A DNA stretch of 64,000 nt, from positions 75,469,565 through 75,533,564 of the forward strand of contig NC_047118.1 of NCBI RefSeq assembly GCF_902500255.1, in the 5' to 3' direction. Origin of the DNA: Thalassophryne amazonica (Eukaryota). Positions 1-12,605 of this stretch are shown here, piece by piece. Each line of letters begins with the position of its first letter. The stretch's first letter is position 1. A program made the position numbers and the translations under genes. Below the pieces are notes generated by a model. The model made no database searches and was not told the origin of the DNA. It saw only the letters and a list, made by a program, of their open reading frames with translations.

Positions 1-756
1 CTTCTCTGGGCCCGAGCTCATTTGAAATGGCCAGACACAAAGTGGAAAAGTGTGCTGTGGTAATCATGGACGTCATGTCCTCTGGACAAAAGAGGAAAAA
101 GACCATCCAGATTGTTACCAGTGCAAAGTTCAAAAGCCAGCATCTGTGATGGTATGGGGGTGTATTAGTGCCCATGGCATGGGCAACTTACACATCTGTG
201 ATGGCACCATCAATGCTGAAAGGTAAATCCAGGTTTTGGAGCAACACATGCTGCCATCCAAGCAACGTCTTTTTCAGGAACGTCCCTGCTTATTTCAGCA
301 AGACAATGCCAAGACATATTCTGCACGTGTTACAACAGCGTGGCTTCGTAGTAAAAGAGTGCAGATACTAGACCGGCATGCCTGCAGTCCAGACCTGTCG
401 CCCATTGAAAATGTGTGGCGCATTATGAAATGCAAAATACAACAACAGAGACCCCGGACGGTTGAACAACTGAAGCTGTACATCAAGCAAGAATGGGAAA
501 GAATTCCACCTACAAAACTTCAACAATTAGTGTCCTCAGTTCCCAAACGCTTATTGAGTGTTGTTAGAAGGAAAGGTGATGTAACACAGTGATAAACATA
601 CCACTGTCCCAGCTTTTCTGAAACGTGTTGCAGGCATCCATTTCAAAATGAGCAAATAGTTACACAAAAACAATATCAGTTTGAACATTTGCAAATCACT
701 GTATTGTTTTTATTTACATTTTACACAACGTCCCAACTTCATTGGAATTGGGGTTG
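1..756 (+). mobile_element. Tc1/mariner-family DNA transposon, 3' portion (copy 1; the 5' part lies upstream of the window)
   Basis: Frame-disrupted transposase C-terminal half with DDE-region motifs (FQQDNAKTYSARVTTAWL, SPDLSPIENVWRIMK) and stop at 593-595. The 3' terminal inverted repeat ends ggaattggggttg at 756 and is followed by TA. About 90% identical to 43629-44474. Confidence 0.8.
2..595 (+). pseudogene. Tc1-like transposase, C-terminal half, pseudogenised by frameshifts and stops
   Basis: ORFs 168-371 and 236-592 cover the same transposase in shifted frames; there are in-frame stops upstream of 236. Confidence 0.7.
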
Positions 757-1947
757 TATATGTATTAATTTCAAGATTGAACATAAGTACAACCTTTCCA
801 GAGAGGACTTTTATTTTACTAAAATTATTGTTGTGTAAATTATACAGACTAAGATTAGTGCAATCTACCCATTTATACTGTCTACTAAAACAGCTGATGG
901 TAAGTATGCACTCAGAGTATACAACTGCCGTTGTGTTTCTGCAAGCATTTCGGGAGAGGACAGTTTTTGACAGACAGAGAGTTACACCCCAATATTAAAT
1001 ACATTTGAGAGAATTAGATAAACATCCTTTTGTGGCATCACAGACAGTGATTAACTCTTTCAAAGAATTATTATTCACTTAACACTCATGCTTGAGTTTA
1101 AAATGCACTCTATTTCAGGAGAGGACATTTTTGACAGACAAGACATTTTATTTTGATTGTTTCAAGTCGTTTCCCCTAGGCAATGATCCTGGGAGTTATA
1201 CTGTTATACAGTAGACTTTCATAGGGAAATTAGTCAATTTAGTGGTTACCTACGAAATAAATAATAGTTCTAGCAGCCCGTCAAAATTAGACACCATGGA
1301 AATGACACACATATTTTGGTAAAAAGTTGTATAATTTGGAGTTAATGCTGGTAAACAAATGGGAATATCAAACCAAATGACCATTGCTGCTGACAGACCA
1401 GTAGAAGTTATCCATGTATAGCAAACTAAACTTTGCTGGTCAAATCCACCTTGTCATTAAACCAAACTTTAGCTTTAAAATCCACTTCTGTACCCTGATT
1501 GTAAAGCAGGGTCAGGGTGGATCTTCAGTCCCACATTAACGTGGGTCAGTTCTGGTCCAGTGCATGTTAAATCAAGTCCATTTAGACTCTGAACATTTTG
1601 CAGCAGGTCTCATTATCCTCAACTTCCTTTGGGACTGGACAGGTTTTTTTTTTTGGAGAATTTGTACACATCCGGGTTATGCCAGCTATTCGTTAAACAT
1701 TTGGTCCAAATTTTGCAGCAATATCAAGCCTTTGTTCCAGAAATCAACACTTTCACATTGTTTTAACACCAGAACTGATTAGTCTGTTTTGTTGAGCTGA
1801 TTTGAAAACAGCAATCATACTGTGATTATAAAATACACTCAATAGTGTCGTCCTTTAGAAAAAGAGCAAGTTTGACCAACTATGGAGAATGTGGCATTAA
1901 GTAAGTCATATGCATGTATTCGAATGAAGTCGTTTACCTTTCTGAGG

Positions 1948-1969
1948 AGCGGGGGGGGGGGGGGGGGTG
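1948..1969. repeat. poly(G) homopolymer run of about 22 nt
   Basis: Seen directly in the sequence. Confidence 0.95.
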
Positions 1970-2905
1970 AGGAATTCGAGTGGCAAAGCTCACTTACTAC
2001 GGCTAGACTGGAAAAGCTCTGCACATTGTGTACAACTCTTGATGATATTAGTCCTATGGATCTTGGTCCAAAGAACTAAAAATAAGTTCTGGATTAATAA
2101 TATACTGTATTCATGAGCCAGGATGTCCAGAGCGGTCCAGTCAAAATTTTCCCTGAAAAGGGGGGGTAGATACACGAGCGCACGGCTTATTACGTTCTTC
2201 GGAATGACCTCCGTATATTTCAATAAAATGTCTGATTTCATCTCACACATACATATATCATATACAGTGCTGTGAAAATGTTGTTGCCCCCTTGGATTTT
2301 TAAAAGCCAATTTTATAAGAATCAGGCAGGTTTCTATTAGAGGGTCATTCATGACACCTTCAGATTTGTCCCAAAAAAATTTTATGGTTAGATATATGTT
2401 AGAAAGGAACAAAAAGCTATTTTTTTTATGCTTGATAGGGTCCGCTTTTTTTTTTAGGGGGTCCTGGAAATCTGGAGTCAAAATGAGCCAAAATGGCAAA
2501 ATCACAAAATGTATGTTTTTTAATGTTCATTTTTCCGTGTGTCCTGAGTGAGCCAAATTGATTTCCATTTGTGTTAGTATATCAGGTATGGACTTTCCAA
2601 AAACATAAAAATGCTTAAAGGTGATAGAGAGAGGATGAATTGGGCATTAATCCTTGTTCTGTGATGTGATATGTACCCCCCCAAAAAATTGGTTGGGTCT
2701 GTAATGGCTCAGAACCTTCCTAAAAGGCTCTCTGAAACAGCTATGTTACTATGCTGGGTTTAGAATGCCTCGTTTGCCTTTAATGGCGTCGTTTCAGAGC
2801 TTATTTGGCAACCTCATTATGAAATACAAGTAGGTGGCGCTGATCGGTTGCCGTTGTTTGATTGGCTGCCCTTGCTCTCACTGAAAAGAAAGCATTATTT
2901 ATTTT

Positions 2906-3355
2906 CATTGCTTTTATATTTTCTGTTGTGTTTCTATTCAGGTTTTTTTTTTGCCTCTTTCTCTAAAATTGTATATAATAATCATTAGATTATTAATATA
3001 TAAACAAAAATAAATTTAAGAAATATTACAATTTGAAAACAAATGCACCCAAACGTGATGACAGCTGCAATGCTAACTTTTAACATTGAAAATGCCATAG
3101 ACATGCTAACGCGTTAGCATCGCTCCCGTTTTTAAGTTATAAAATACATCTATCAACTGTTTCAGAAGAACATAACACGTCGGTTTAACATAGAAAAGGT
3201 AAATAATACTCACAGACGTATGCTCTTTAGGGTTTTAGCAGGAGAAAATTAAGCAAAAGAAAGAAAGAATAATCGAAGCATTGCTTCAATCTGCGAAGCA
3301 CTGCTTCGATTGGTTCAAGGTTCAAAGCAAAGCCACGCTGCAGAAAAGTTGTTTA
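2906..3355 (+). repeat. Unclassified interspersed repeat (family R), copy 1
   Basis: About 450 bp, ~90% identical to 25150-25615. Contains short internal inverted motifs (gaagcattgcttc / gaagcactgcttcg). Confidence 0.5.
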
Positions 3356-4410
3356 CGGACCCACTGCAGGGTCTGTAATCAATACAAAAATTATCATTTT
3401 CCTGACAAACACCCCCCAAAACAACGGCCACTCTGAAGGACCGATAACATAATCGTTAAGCACAAAGCTTATTGATGTCGGTGGATCGAGTCATTTCTTA
3501 ACGATACCCAAAAGGAACTGGTTCTCGATACACATCCCTAGCTGCTAAGGGTTAGCTCATTCCCTTTAGAGGAACAAACCAGAGCTAACATGCCTTTCTA
3601 ACGTGCCATTCTTACAACAGGAATATGGCGTAACACAAATTTAAAACAAAAGAAAATGTGATACTCACAGGCTGTACTGATTGCTGGGGTTGATTTTGTC
3701 ACAGAGTCAGAACTGACCCTCTACTGAGTATTAAATGCCGACTGAAGCCAGCTCGAAATCGTGCAAGGTTTGTGAAACAGTCCTCCGTGAAATGCGCAGA
3801 GCAAAGAAGTAGTCGGCGTTGTATGTACTGGGGATGTGGTTAAAAATGAATAAAAGCCAGTGATCGCGTACATTGCTTTCCGTGGGAAGATCGTAGTCCG
3901 CTAAAACAGCCTGGGAAAGCACACCTGTAGCTCCCCATTGCTTCTCTTCGAGTGTTACGAATGGGTGGGCACAATCTTATGAATAATTTTTCGAAGGGGC
4001 GTGTGTGAAAGGGGGTGGGTGTGGGTGTGGGGGAGCTATTGGTGAAAAAGTGACGCAAGTTTTCTCTCAAAAACGGATTGGCCTGTTTTCTAGGGGCAAT
4101 TCAAAAAAGGAGAAATACTTGAAACAGAGGTTCTGAAACTTGCTGGCACTTCGTGTGTATTCCCCACAACGGGGAGACTGAACTAACACCAAAAACATGA
4201 AAAAGATGATTTTGATTCTCTATCCCCTTTAAGTGACATGAAAACTCTATTTTTATTTTTTGGAGTTACAATGCGTTGGGGGCGATAACTTTAATTGAAG
4301 GTGGGCGACTGAATTTAGGGTGTGTGTTTAAACAACTTTCATTAAAAAAAAGAGGCTTCTGACATGCGGATACGGTAAATCACTGTGCATTCTGTGAACG
4401 GCAGCCTTAC

Positions 4411-5031
4411 CATCATCAGCCGGAACACCAAACTGCACCTCGTCTTGAGATCGGCTCGTGTTTCGATGACCGTCACGCTGATCTCCACCCGTCTTCTCTG
4501 AATCACTTGCATTTCTGAACCTCGACTCGTCCGGCGTGACACGAGTGTGACCGGGCGCCGCCACAGAGTCCACGTAAGCTTCACTTTCAGTCACTTTGAA
4601 TTCCTCAGGTTCAGTTTTGACTAATGCAGAACTGGGAGGCAGCGGTTCCTCTCCACATAACGGAAGGTCAGGGTGGATGTTCAGACCAGATGGAGCAATC
4701 AGGAGATCATGAGATGGAAGAGGCGAAGTTTTCCCAAATGTCTCCTGCTGAGGCTGATCGCTCGGCTTAACTACTGAATCCCAAGGCTCTGCAGGCTGCT
4801 TCTCGCTTTGTTCTCTTGTTGCCAGGGGGCGCTGTTGTGCAGGTGGCGTCTCACTCTGGACTGAAAGCAACTGAACACGCACAACCTCCTCCTGTTTGTG
4901 CACAGCTGATTTAACTGACGGTTGCCTGAACTGGTTAAGGGTGGAGTCCGGCTCCTGCGGATGGGGCCCGACATCTTGATCCCTGGGCAGCTGCTCAGGA
5001 GCCAAAAAGCCAAGACTGGACCTGGTGGACC
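4411..5031 (-). CDS. Candidate internal coding exon (Ser/Pro/Glu-rich linker) of a minus-strand host gene; in frame with the exon at 7114-7306
   Basis: Open frame through 4328-5047 on the minus strand. Splice acceptor ttgtttcag|G at 5032-5033 and candidate donor G|gtaagg at 4405-4410. The phase (1) matches the phase left by the exon at 7114-7306. Confidence 0.35.
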
Positions 5032-5134
5032 CTGAAACAAGAGCCACAAATCCTAACAGTCAGTGGATTACTTTTTACAGTGTCACTTCATTGTTAAACA
5101 CCTAAAATTTTCACTACAAAAGGGGGTTTCGCAG

Positions 5135-5135
<1 letters not shown>

Positions 5136-5204
<69 letters not shown>
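5136..5204. repeat. (GT)n microsatellite
   Basis: Seen directly. Confidence 0.95.
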
Positions 5205-5207
<3 letters not shown>

Positions 5208-5571
5208 ATTTAATGAAATGTCAAACACCAAAATGTGCAAGGTAACTTCAGAGGAATCATTAGGAAGTCATTTGGAACCACAGGAAAAGTCTCCATATGT
5301 TTATCTGGGTTGAACACAACAGCACATTGGACAGGAAGGACCAGGTCACACCAGAACATGAGTTAAGAAACTTACAATTTTATCATAATCACTGTGATCC
5401 AGTTTTTATTGCTGTTGTCATGTGAGACGCGATTTCACCAGTTTACCTCATATGAAAATCCTTTGTTATTAAGTCCAAAAGAACAACAATCAGAACCTTG
5501 ATTCCAATCACGTTCTGAGTTCAGAACATCATCAATCACTCACTCATCTTCAACCACTTACTCCAGTTAAA

Positions 5572-5865
5572 GGTCACATGGGAACTGGAGCCTATCCCAG
5601 CAGGCATAGGGTGTGAGGAGGGGTACACCCTGGACAGGATGCCAGTCTGTCGTAGGGCCACATAGAGACAAACAAACACATTCACACCCACATGCACACC
5701 TACGGACAATTTCAAGTTTCCAATCCACCTAACTTGCATGGCTTTGGATGTGAGAGGAAGCCGGAGACCCGGAGGGAACCCACGCAAACAAGGAGAACAC
5801 GCAAGCTCCACAGGTGGGATTCGATCCCATAACCTTCTTGCTGTGAGGCAACCATGCTAACCAGC
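5572..5865 (-). mobile_element. tRNA-derived SINE (family A), minus orientation
   Basis: Reverse complement carries a tRNA-like head (ggttagcatggttgcctcacagcaagaaggt..gatcgaatccc), a conserved core, and a tail ctgtccagggtgtacccc..cctatgcctgctgggataggctcc. Same family as 9483-9770 and 37505-37830. Confidence 0.6.
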
Positions 5866-5934
5866 TCAGAACTTCACGTTGATTATTAATGCTTCACACC
5901 AATGAAAACTCTCATTTCTGTAGGCCAGATATAA

Positions 5935-6050
5935 CTTAATTTAATAACTGGATTGGCTGTGGTTGGTAAGGTTAGACCTTACCTGTGTGAAGCGCCTTGA
6001 GGCAGCTTTGTTGTGATTTGGCGCTAGATAAATGAAATAACTTTCAATTG
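5935..6050 (+). mobile_element. L2-type LINE 3' terminal fragment
   Basis: Ends with the motif gcgccttgaggcagctttgttgtgatttggcgctagataaatgaaat, characteristic of fish L2 3' ends. Same motif in reverse complement at 31480-31530. Confidence 0.45.
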
Positions 6051-7113
6051 AATTGAAAAAGTGTAAAAAAACAAACAAACAAAAACAAAAAAACTGGACA
6101 CTACAAGAAGATATGACAAGCCATTTGGTATCAATATTTCAAAAATTAATCTGGGTCTGGACCCTGATCCAGTTAAATTTGGAAAAGTACTGAACTAAAG
6201 CAACAACTCATTTTTTGTATATCAGAGACAAGATATGAAAAATGGCCCCAGTTGATACTTCTTTAAAATAAATACAAATAAATAAATAATACTGCCATGG
6301 TCCGGATCAAACAACCTTTGTGTGTGTGTGTGGGGGGGGGGGAATGTGCTCCTGTCCCTGGAAACTCACGCCACTCTATTCAAAACATCTCTTCTGTAGT
6401 AGCACTCAGCTGGGTCATCCACCAGATAGTTCTGATCCTGGACCCCAGCAACAACACCATCAAAGGGCTAAAAGAATCCAGTGAAACTGCATCATTGTAA
6501 ATTGGTCCATTGGGGAGAAGAAAAAGATCTCTCACTGCTTCGCTTACTCAAACATGAGAAGTGGGGCAGGAGATCAAAGGCAGTATTTGAGGAGAGGAAA
6601 GGTCACCATCTTGAAGAGAGCCCTCGGATACAAAGTCAGTAATGTTAAGGGTGCAGCTTTAGACCCCGGGTCTGGGGCCCACTGCACTCTTGTAGAAGGA
6701 AATTCAAGGCAAATGAAAAAAGAAAAAAAAAAGAGACAAATCTGTCACTTTAGCGTTATCGGATTATATTTTGTATACGTTGGGTATGAGGTGCTTTCTG
6801 AGATAACACAGTACAAAATGTGTTTGTTTCTCTTTAAAAATGTTCATCAGCGGTGTTTCAGCTGGTTCGTAGGTGACCGGTTCGTAAACAAACATTAAAA
6901 GAAATGTTTTTTTTTCTTAAAGCTGATAAAGACACAAAAGAGTTGGTATGATATACGCCTGCCGAACTTACAATTCGCGCGTGGTCATCACGTTAACACT
7001 TTAAAATCTGTGACTTGGCAATAATTTAACGTTTAATTCTTAAGCGGAAGTTAAAATATCTGATTTTCTCAGCACAGTTTGGTTCCCGCTGCGATAGCTA
7101 GCTCGGGCCGTAC

Positions 7114-7306
7114 CCAGCCAGTCGGTGTCGGCCTCCAGCAGCAGGATGTCCCGCAGCTGCCGCCTCAAGCTCTCGTTCTCCCGCCGCGTCCTGGCCGTCT
7201 CCTCCCGGTACTCCGTCACCGTGTCCTCTACCACGTCCAGGATCTCCTTCACCACCGTCGCCAGCCGCTCCGTCAGGTACGCGTTCAGCACCTGCAGCCT
7301 GGTCAT
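7114..7306 (-). CDS. First coding exon of a host gene: N-terminal domain typical of teleost-specific gene families (as at the N-termini of many fish C2H2-ZNF genes)
   Basis: ATG at 7306-7304. Encodes MTRLQVLNAYLTERLATVVKEILDVVEDTVTEYREETARTRRENESLRRQLRDILLLEADTDWL. GC-rich with strong third-position bias inside AT-rich surroundings. Donor G|gtacgg at 7113-7112. Pattern M..LQ.L...L.ERL..A..EI....E.T..EY.EE..R...EN..L recalled from fish ZNF N-termini. Confidence 0.45.
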
Positions 7307-8299
7307 TTTGGAAACAAAACCAACTGCTGATGCTCACACTCCGGATCCGGAGTACTGACACCTTCAAAATAAAAGCATCGTCTCACAATATCTAACTTGA
7401 CTAAATGTCACATTTTTGCACAAGCGGTTAAAATGAGTAGTTGCAGTCATAGTGCTGTGTGATACCTACAAAATATAGAATCATCTGCATCATCTGTTCA
7501 CTGCATATGATGGTCTGAGCTGCATCCACATACGCCATCTGAAGCAGTCTGGTGTAGTTCCAGTTTGTCTTTGTGTAGAATGAGACGTGATAGACAAACA
7601 TAGTCGCCATCTGGCCCAAAATGCACTATGGTGCCATTCACTTTCAGTGAGAATAAAACATATTAGACCTGTGCCATTAACTTGTTAGTGATGCAAAATG
7701 TACATATTCCAATATGAGGCGTACGACAATGTTCCCTCATCAGAAAACGAAAAGCTTGGGCAGCACCAAAAAAGAAGGCCAAGGGGTCAGTGTACTGTGT
7801 CAGAAAGATCATCCTGCAGAAATCTTGTGCCAAATCAATAGGCCGATCCACTGTGGTGTCACCGAGCAAAAGTAGAGAAATCAAAATAAATCAGTTTATT
7901 AGAGAATGAAACGTGTTTGTGTCTTTGTCTTTTTATCACTTTGTGAGTCAAACACTGAGCAAAAGAAGCAGGGGGGGAAAAAGATTTTCAAAAAGTCAAT
8001 TCTGTGCTTTTATTCTGAAGGGAAAAGTGCCGATAAGGCCATATACCCGTCTGCCTGTACCGCCAGGTGGCGGTAGATTCACAATAATGTTCCTCCTGCT
8101 GTAAGCAGGTGTTGCACGCAGACTGTATCCTGATATATTATCATTTAATTTAAACATAATACATTTGACAAACGCTTCAGTTGAAATCATAACTGAGCGC
8201 ATACATTTATTTTTCTGTGTGGATATGGTTCAATCAAATTATTTGTGAAAATGAACCGTTTTGTCGAAACCAGCAGCTATTTCAGCAGGAAGCTGCAAA

Positions 8300-8900
8300 A
8301 ACATCATCCACTACATCCGATTTTCCTTCAAAATAAGAGTCGCTGGGGGCTGAAGGGTTTGAATCCTGTCCCGGGTGGTATTTTCTGCCTGTTTCTCCAC
8401 ATCTTTTTTCCAGTTTGTAGTAAAGACTGTAAAAACAAGTCTCACCAGCAGAGACAACAGCTGGATTAAATGTCTGACTCTCTGGAGGTATTTGGCTATA
8501 GTCAAGCTGTCGCTGTTTTTTGGCAGTTTGACCCCTTCAGTCTTGGTCACATCCCTCTTTTGTACCATTCTCCTGTGCTGGTCCAGCCTCAAGGGTGTCT
8601 CAAAGTCTTCACTTACCAAACCTGTTCAGGTAGATCAGAGAGACAATGCCTTCTTCATTCCAGACATACAGCATCATGTCATCAGTGTAGAGGTGGTGGC
8701 TGATGTTCACATTACTTCTAAACCTGCAACCACACCTACTCTGGACAACGATCTGAATTTGGGGAGAACATAAGCAGAGACAGTACCTGACTTTTGTGGT
8801 ACACTTATGGCCGTTTGCGTATTTACCTTGGCATTGGCCTCCAGTGTTGTTTTTCCACACTGACGTCTCAAGGAGGGTTATCATCCTGTAACTCATTTAT
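8300..8900 (-). mobile_element. Degenerate LINE reverse-transcriptase fragment
   Basis: Minus-strand ORFs contain a YxDD-like motif (HLYTDDMMLY) and LINE-like downstream residues. Weak. Confidence 0.3.
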
Positions 8901-9482
8901 ATAGTTATTAATAACTAATAAAAATCACTACTATAACTAAAAATAATAGTTTATAACTAATAATAAAGAACTAACTGTCTGCCTGGTTGGTTGCGATCCA
9001 GGACCAATGCAGTTCCATAGATGACTGTGGTGATGTACAGCACCAAGCACATGCTTCCAGACTCGACTTCGACCAAAATCTCCAGCAGCTGCTTGTTTTT
9101 CGAGGCTTTCATGCAGGCCATGCTCAGGTTGGTCCTTCTGGACTTAGAGTCTTGGGTGATTGGTCTCTTAACCAGTAGCTGGTGCTTTGACTCCCCTGGT
9201 GTTGGTTTGAATCCCAATCATGTGGACATTCATCTTAGCCATTGCGATGGCTGATGAGCTACTGTCCATTAGTTCTAAGGCTTTGTCTTCCTGATCGCCC
9301 TGTTCGGCCCCATGTGAGCCTGTCAGACCCTGATGTTAACAACTGATGGAAAAGTGCTCATGATGTTGGCCTCTTCAGCTCGTAGGCCTGAATAAGGTCA
9401 AGGTCTATTTCTGTCCAGTTCTGCATTCTGGAGACTCTGTTGGTTGGTTTGTTTGCTTTTTAAAGATACATTACAGTAGAAA

Positions 9483-9770
9483 GGCCGGCACAGTGGATTA
9501 GTGGTTAGCACTGTTGCTTCACAGCAACAAGGTCCTGGGATCACTTCCCGTCTGGTCCTTTCTGTATGGAGTTTGTGCAGGTTCCCTCCAGGTGCTCCGC
9601 CTTCCTCCCACTTTAAAAGACGTGGGTTAGATGAATGGGTGACTCTAAATTGACCATAAGTGTGCGTTTGAGAGTTGTCTGTTTATGTGGCCCTGAGATA
9701 GACTGGCGTCCTGTCCAAGGTGTACCCCGCCTTTCACCCTATGACTGCTGGGATAGTCTTCAGCCCCATG
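9483..9770 (+). mobile_element. tRNA-derived SINE (family A), plus orientation
   Basis: Head ggccggcacagtggattagtggttagcactgttgcttcacagcaacaaggtcctgggatc has tRNA-like A and B boxes. Tail cctgagatagactggcgtcctgtccaaggtgtaccccgcc..ctgctgggatag is shared with other copies. Confidence 0.6.
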
Positions 9771-9987
9771 TAATCCTTTATTTGATTTAAGCCGATTTTT
9801 AAAAAATGAATGAAATATAGTCTTAATCAACACAAATAAAAAGTTTTGTTTGAACCATTTTTTGAGTGCTTTTGGTTCCTGGTTACATTATGGGTACCAG
9901 GCTTGACTGGGAAAGTAACCTGCCTTGGACTGGCATCCCATCCAGGGGGAGGCGTAGACTCCCATCTGCATCCCACTAAAGAATCCG

Positions 9988-10263
9988 GGGATAGGGATGA
10001 TGGTCTAGTGGTTAAACATTGGGCTTGAGACCAGAGGATCCTTGGATCAAACCCCAGCCTGACTGGAAAATCACTAAGGGCCCTTGGGCAAGGTCCTTAA
10101 TCCCCAAGTTGATCACGTTGTGTAGTGAGCGCCTTCCATGGTAGCACCCTGACATCAGTGTGTGAGTGGGTTGGTGCAATTGGGTGAATGTGAGGCATAA
10201 TTTTAAAGCGCTTTGAGTGTCTGATGCAGATGGAAAATCACTATATAAATACAGTCCATTTAT
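9988..10263 (+). mobile_element. tRNA-derived SINE (family B), copy 1
   Basis: Head gatgatggtctagtggttaaacattgggcttgagaccagaggatccttggatcaaacccc. Tail aaagcgctttgagtgtctgatgcagatggaaaatcactatataaatacagtccatt. About 85% identical to 56134-56383. Confidence 0.6.
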
Positions 10264-10525
10264 ACCATAAACACCTGCACCAGGCCTGGATGGGACTTGT
10301 TTCTTTTGTTTCTCAGGATGATCTCCTGGATCAGCAGCAACATCCAGTAGAAATCAAACTGGAACAAAAAAAAGGTTGTAGACTGATTGAGCAGAGACTA
10401 TAACTTTGAAAGTTTTTTTCCTTCAAGTGTGGCTAACTTGACGAACATGAAAGCTGGAGTGGGAGCACCCACTGCACTCACGCACACGTACGTGCACACT
10501 TGGCGAAACCCTCCCTTTACCATTA

Positions 10526-10526
<1 letters not shown>

Positions 10527-10589
<63 letters not shown>

Positions 10590-10610
10590 TGTGTGTGTGT
10601 GTGTTAGTAG
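10527..10610. repeat. (TG)n microsatellite
   Basis: Seen directly. Confidence 0.95.
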
Positions 10611-11504
10611 AGGAGGGGGGAGAGATGCTGATGCTGCAGCAGAGTCTGGATCCTCATAAACCATCGCAGGATCAAAAACTCCTGAGATCTTCGGAGTCTT
10701 GAATGACTGACTGGAGTACTGATCCTTGTTTCATTTTGCTTGATGTTATGAGATCACCCTGCAGTTTGTGCACAGTGAGCATGAACATCATCCTGCAGCA
10801 CCCCATCGACTAGGACCAGGTAGGAGCAGCTTTTATTGCACTTTTTGTCTGACACCTGGAAGCTGCTGCAGGTTCTGCAGGTTGGACGTGTTCTGTGGGT
10901 TCTGCACAGGTTCTGCTGCAGGTGCCGTGGGTGTGTCGTCTGCACTGAATGCACAGCTCTTTCTCTGCGCTTTCCTTGTCTCCTCTGGAGCATCTTCACT
11001 GTGACGTGATTGAGATGTATTTGATGTCACGCATCACTCTTGTCAGCTTTCATTTACAGCCTTAAATATGACATTCTTAGGAGGTATTTAATAAAATTAC
11101 CGCCACTGTCCATTTTATGACAATCACTGTCAGCATATTTAACAAATGAATTGTTGCTTCAATTATTCATACTTCATGTTCACGCCTCACGGTTGCAAAA
11201 ATATTCAAGAGCTTAAATATTTTCAGAAAAATGTCACATTTTGCAACTCCTGTATTATAAAAGAATGTTTTCCCCCAAAAAACACTTTTTAAAAATTATT
11301 CTTACAATTTCATGTTTCTTTTCATAAAGTTACATTTTTGGAGATGAAATTAATTTTATTTTTTTCTTTAATATTGTGACTTTGGAGTTATTTGTTGGTA
11401 ATTTTACAGGGTGGGGGGGATTTTATGTAACAATGTGAGCTTTTCAAAACAGCCATTAAAATTAAAATTTAACCTTGTTGCAGTCTGACTTGAAATTTGT
11501 ACAC

Positions 11505-12605
11505 TGAACAAAAATATAAACACAACACTTGTTTTTGCTCCCATTTTTCTTGAACTGTACTCAAAGATTACATTTTCAATATACACAAAATACCTATTTC
11601 TCTCAAATATTGTTCACAAATCTGTCTAAATCTGTTAGTGAGCACTTCTCCTTTGCTGAGATAATCCATCCCACCTCACAGGTGTGGCATATCAAGATGC
11701 TGATTAGACACCATGATTAGTGCACAGGTGTGCCTTAGGCTGGCCACAATAAAAGGCCACTCTGAAATGTGCAGTTTTGCTTTACTGGGGGGTCTGGGGG
11801 AGTCAGAAAACCAGTCAGTATCTGATGTGATCACCGTTTGACACATACAGAGCAACACGTCTCCTTCACATAGAGTTTATCAGCAGTCAGACGCCATCGA
11901 ATGTGAGCATTTGTCCACTCAAGTCAGTTACAGTGACAAACTGCAGTCAGGTCAAGACCCCGATGAGGACGACGAGCATGCAGATGAGCTTCCCTGAGAT
12001 GGTTTCTGACAGTTTGTGCAGACATTCTTTGGCTCTGCAGACCGATTGTTGCAGCAGCTGTCTGGGTGGCTGGTCTCAGACGATCTTGGAGGTGAACCTA
12101 CTGGATGTGGAGGTCCTGGGCTGGTGTGGTTACAGGTGGTCTGCGGTTGTGAGGCTGGTTGGATGTACTGCCAAATTCTCTGAAACACCTTTGAAGACAG
12201 CTTATGGTAAAGAAATGAACATTCAATTTATGGGCAACAGCTCTGGTGGACATTCCTGCAGTCAGCATGCCAACTGCACGCTCCCTCAAAACTTGTCACA
12301 TCTGTGGCATTGTGCTGTGTGACAAAACTGAACATTTCAGAGTGGCCTTTTGTTGTGGCCAGCTTAAGGCACACCTGTGCAGTAATCATGCTGTCTAATC
12401 AGCATCTTGATATGCCACATCTGTGATGTGGGATGGATTATCTCGGCAAAAAAGAAGTGCTCATTAAAACAGACTTAGACTGATTTGTGAACAACATTTG
12501 AGAAAAAACAGTTTTTTGCATATTTTGAAAATTTTTTAAATCTTTGAGTAAGCTCACGAAAAATAGGATCAAAAACCAAAGTGTTTCATTTATATTTTTA
12601 TTCAG
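11505..12605 (-). mobile_element. Internally deleted Tc1-family element with ~300-bp terminal inverted repeats (copy A)
   Basis: 11505-11790 is the reverse complement of 12330-12605. The interior keeps only the transposase N-terminal HTH region on the minus strand (MRERAVGMLTAGMSTRAVAHKLNVHF..STSNQPHNRRPPVTTPAQDLHIQ). Same family as 28711-29824 but inverted. Confidence 0.75.

Noticed and set aside
4328-5047. 239-aa ORF read as a stand-alone gene with its own ATG
   Set aside because: The ATG lies upstream of a strong acceptor (ttgtttcag) and the sequence is low-complexity. It is more plausibly an internal exon (4411-5031), and even that is uncertain.
5063-5245. ORFs made of poly-Cys/Val or poly-His/Thr (also 10387-10664, 29943-30301, 47236-47643)
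   Set aside because: They are translations of (GT)n and (CA)n microsatellites, not genes.
10754-11030. GC-rich segment with ORFs on both strands, possibly an exon or CpG island
   Set aside because: The open frames are short, overlap on both strands and derive from repeated gttctg / ctgcag motifs. There are no splice signals or recognisable protein similarity.
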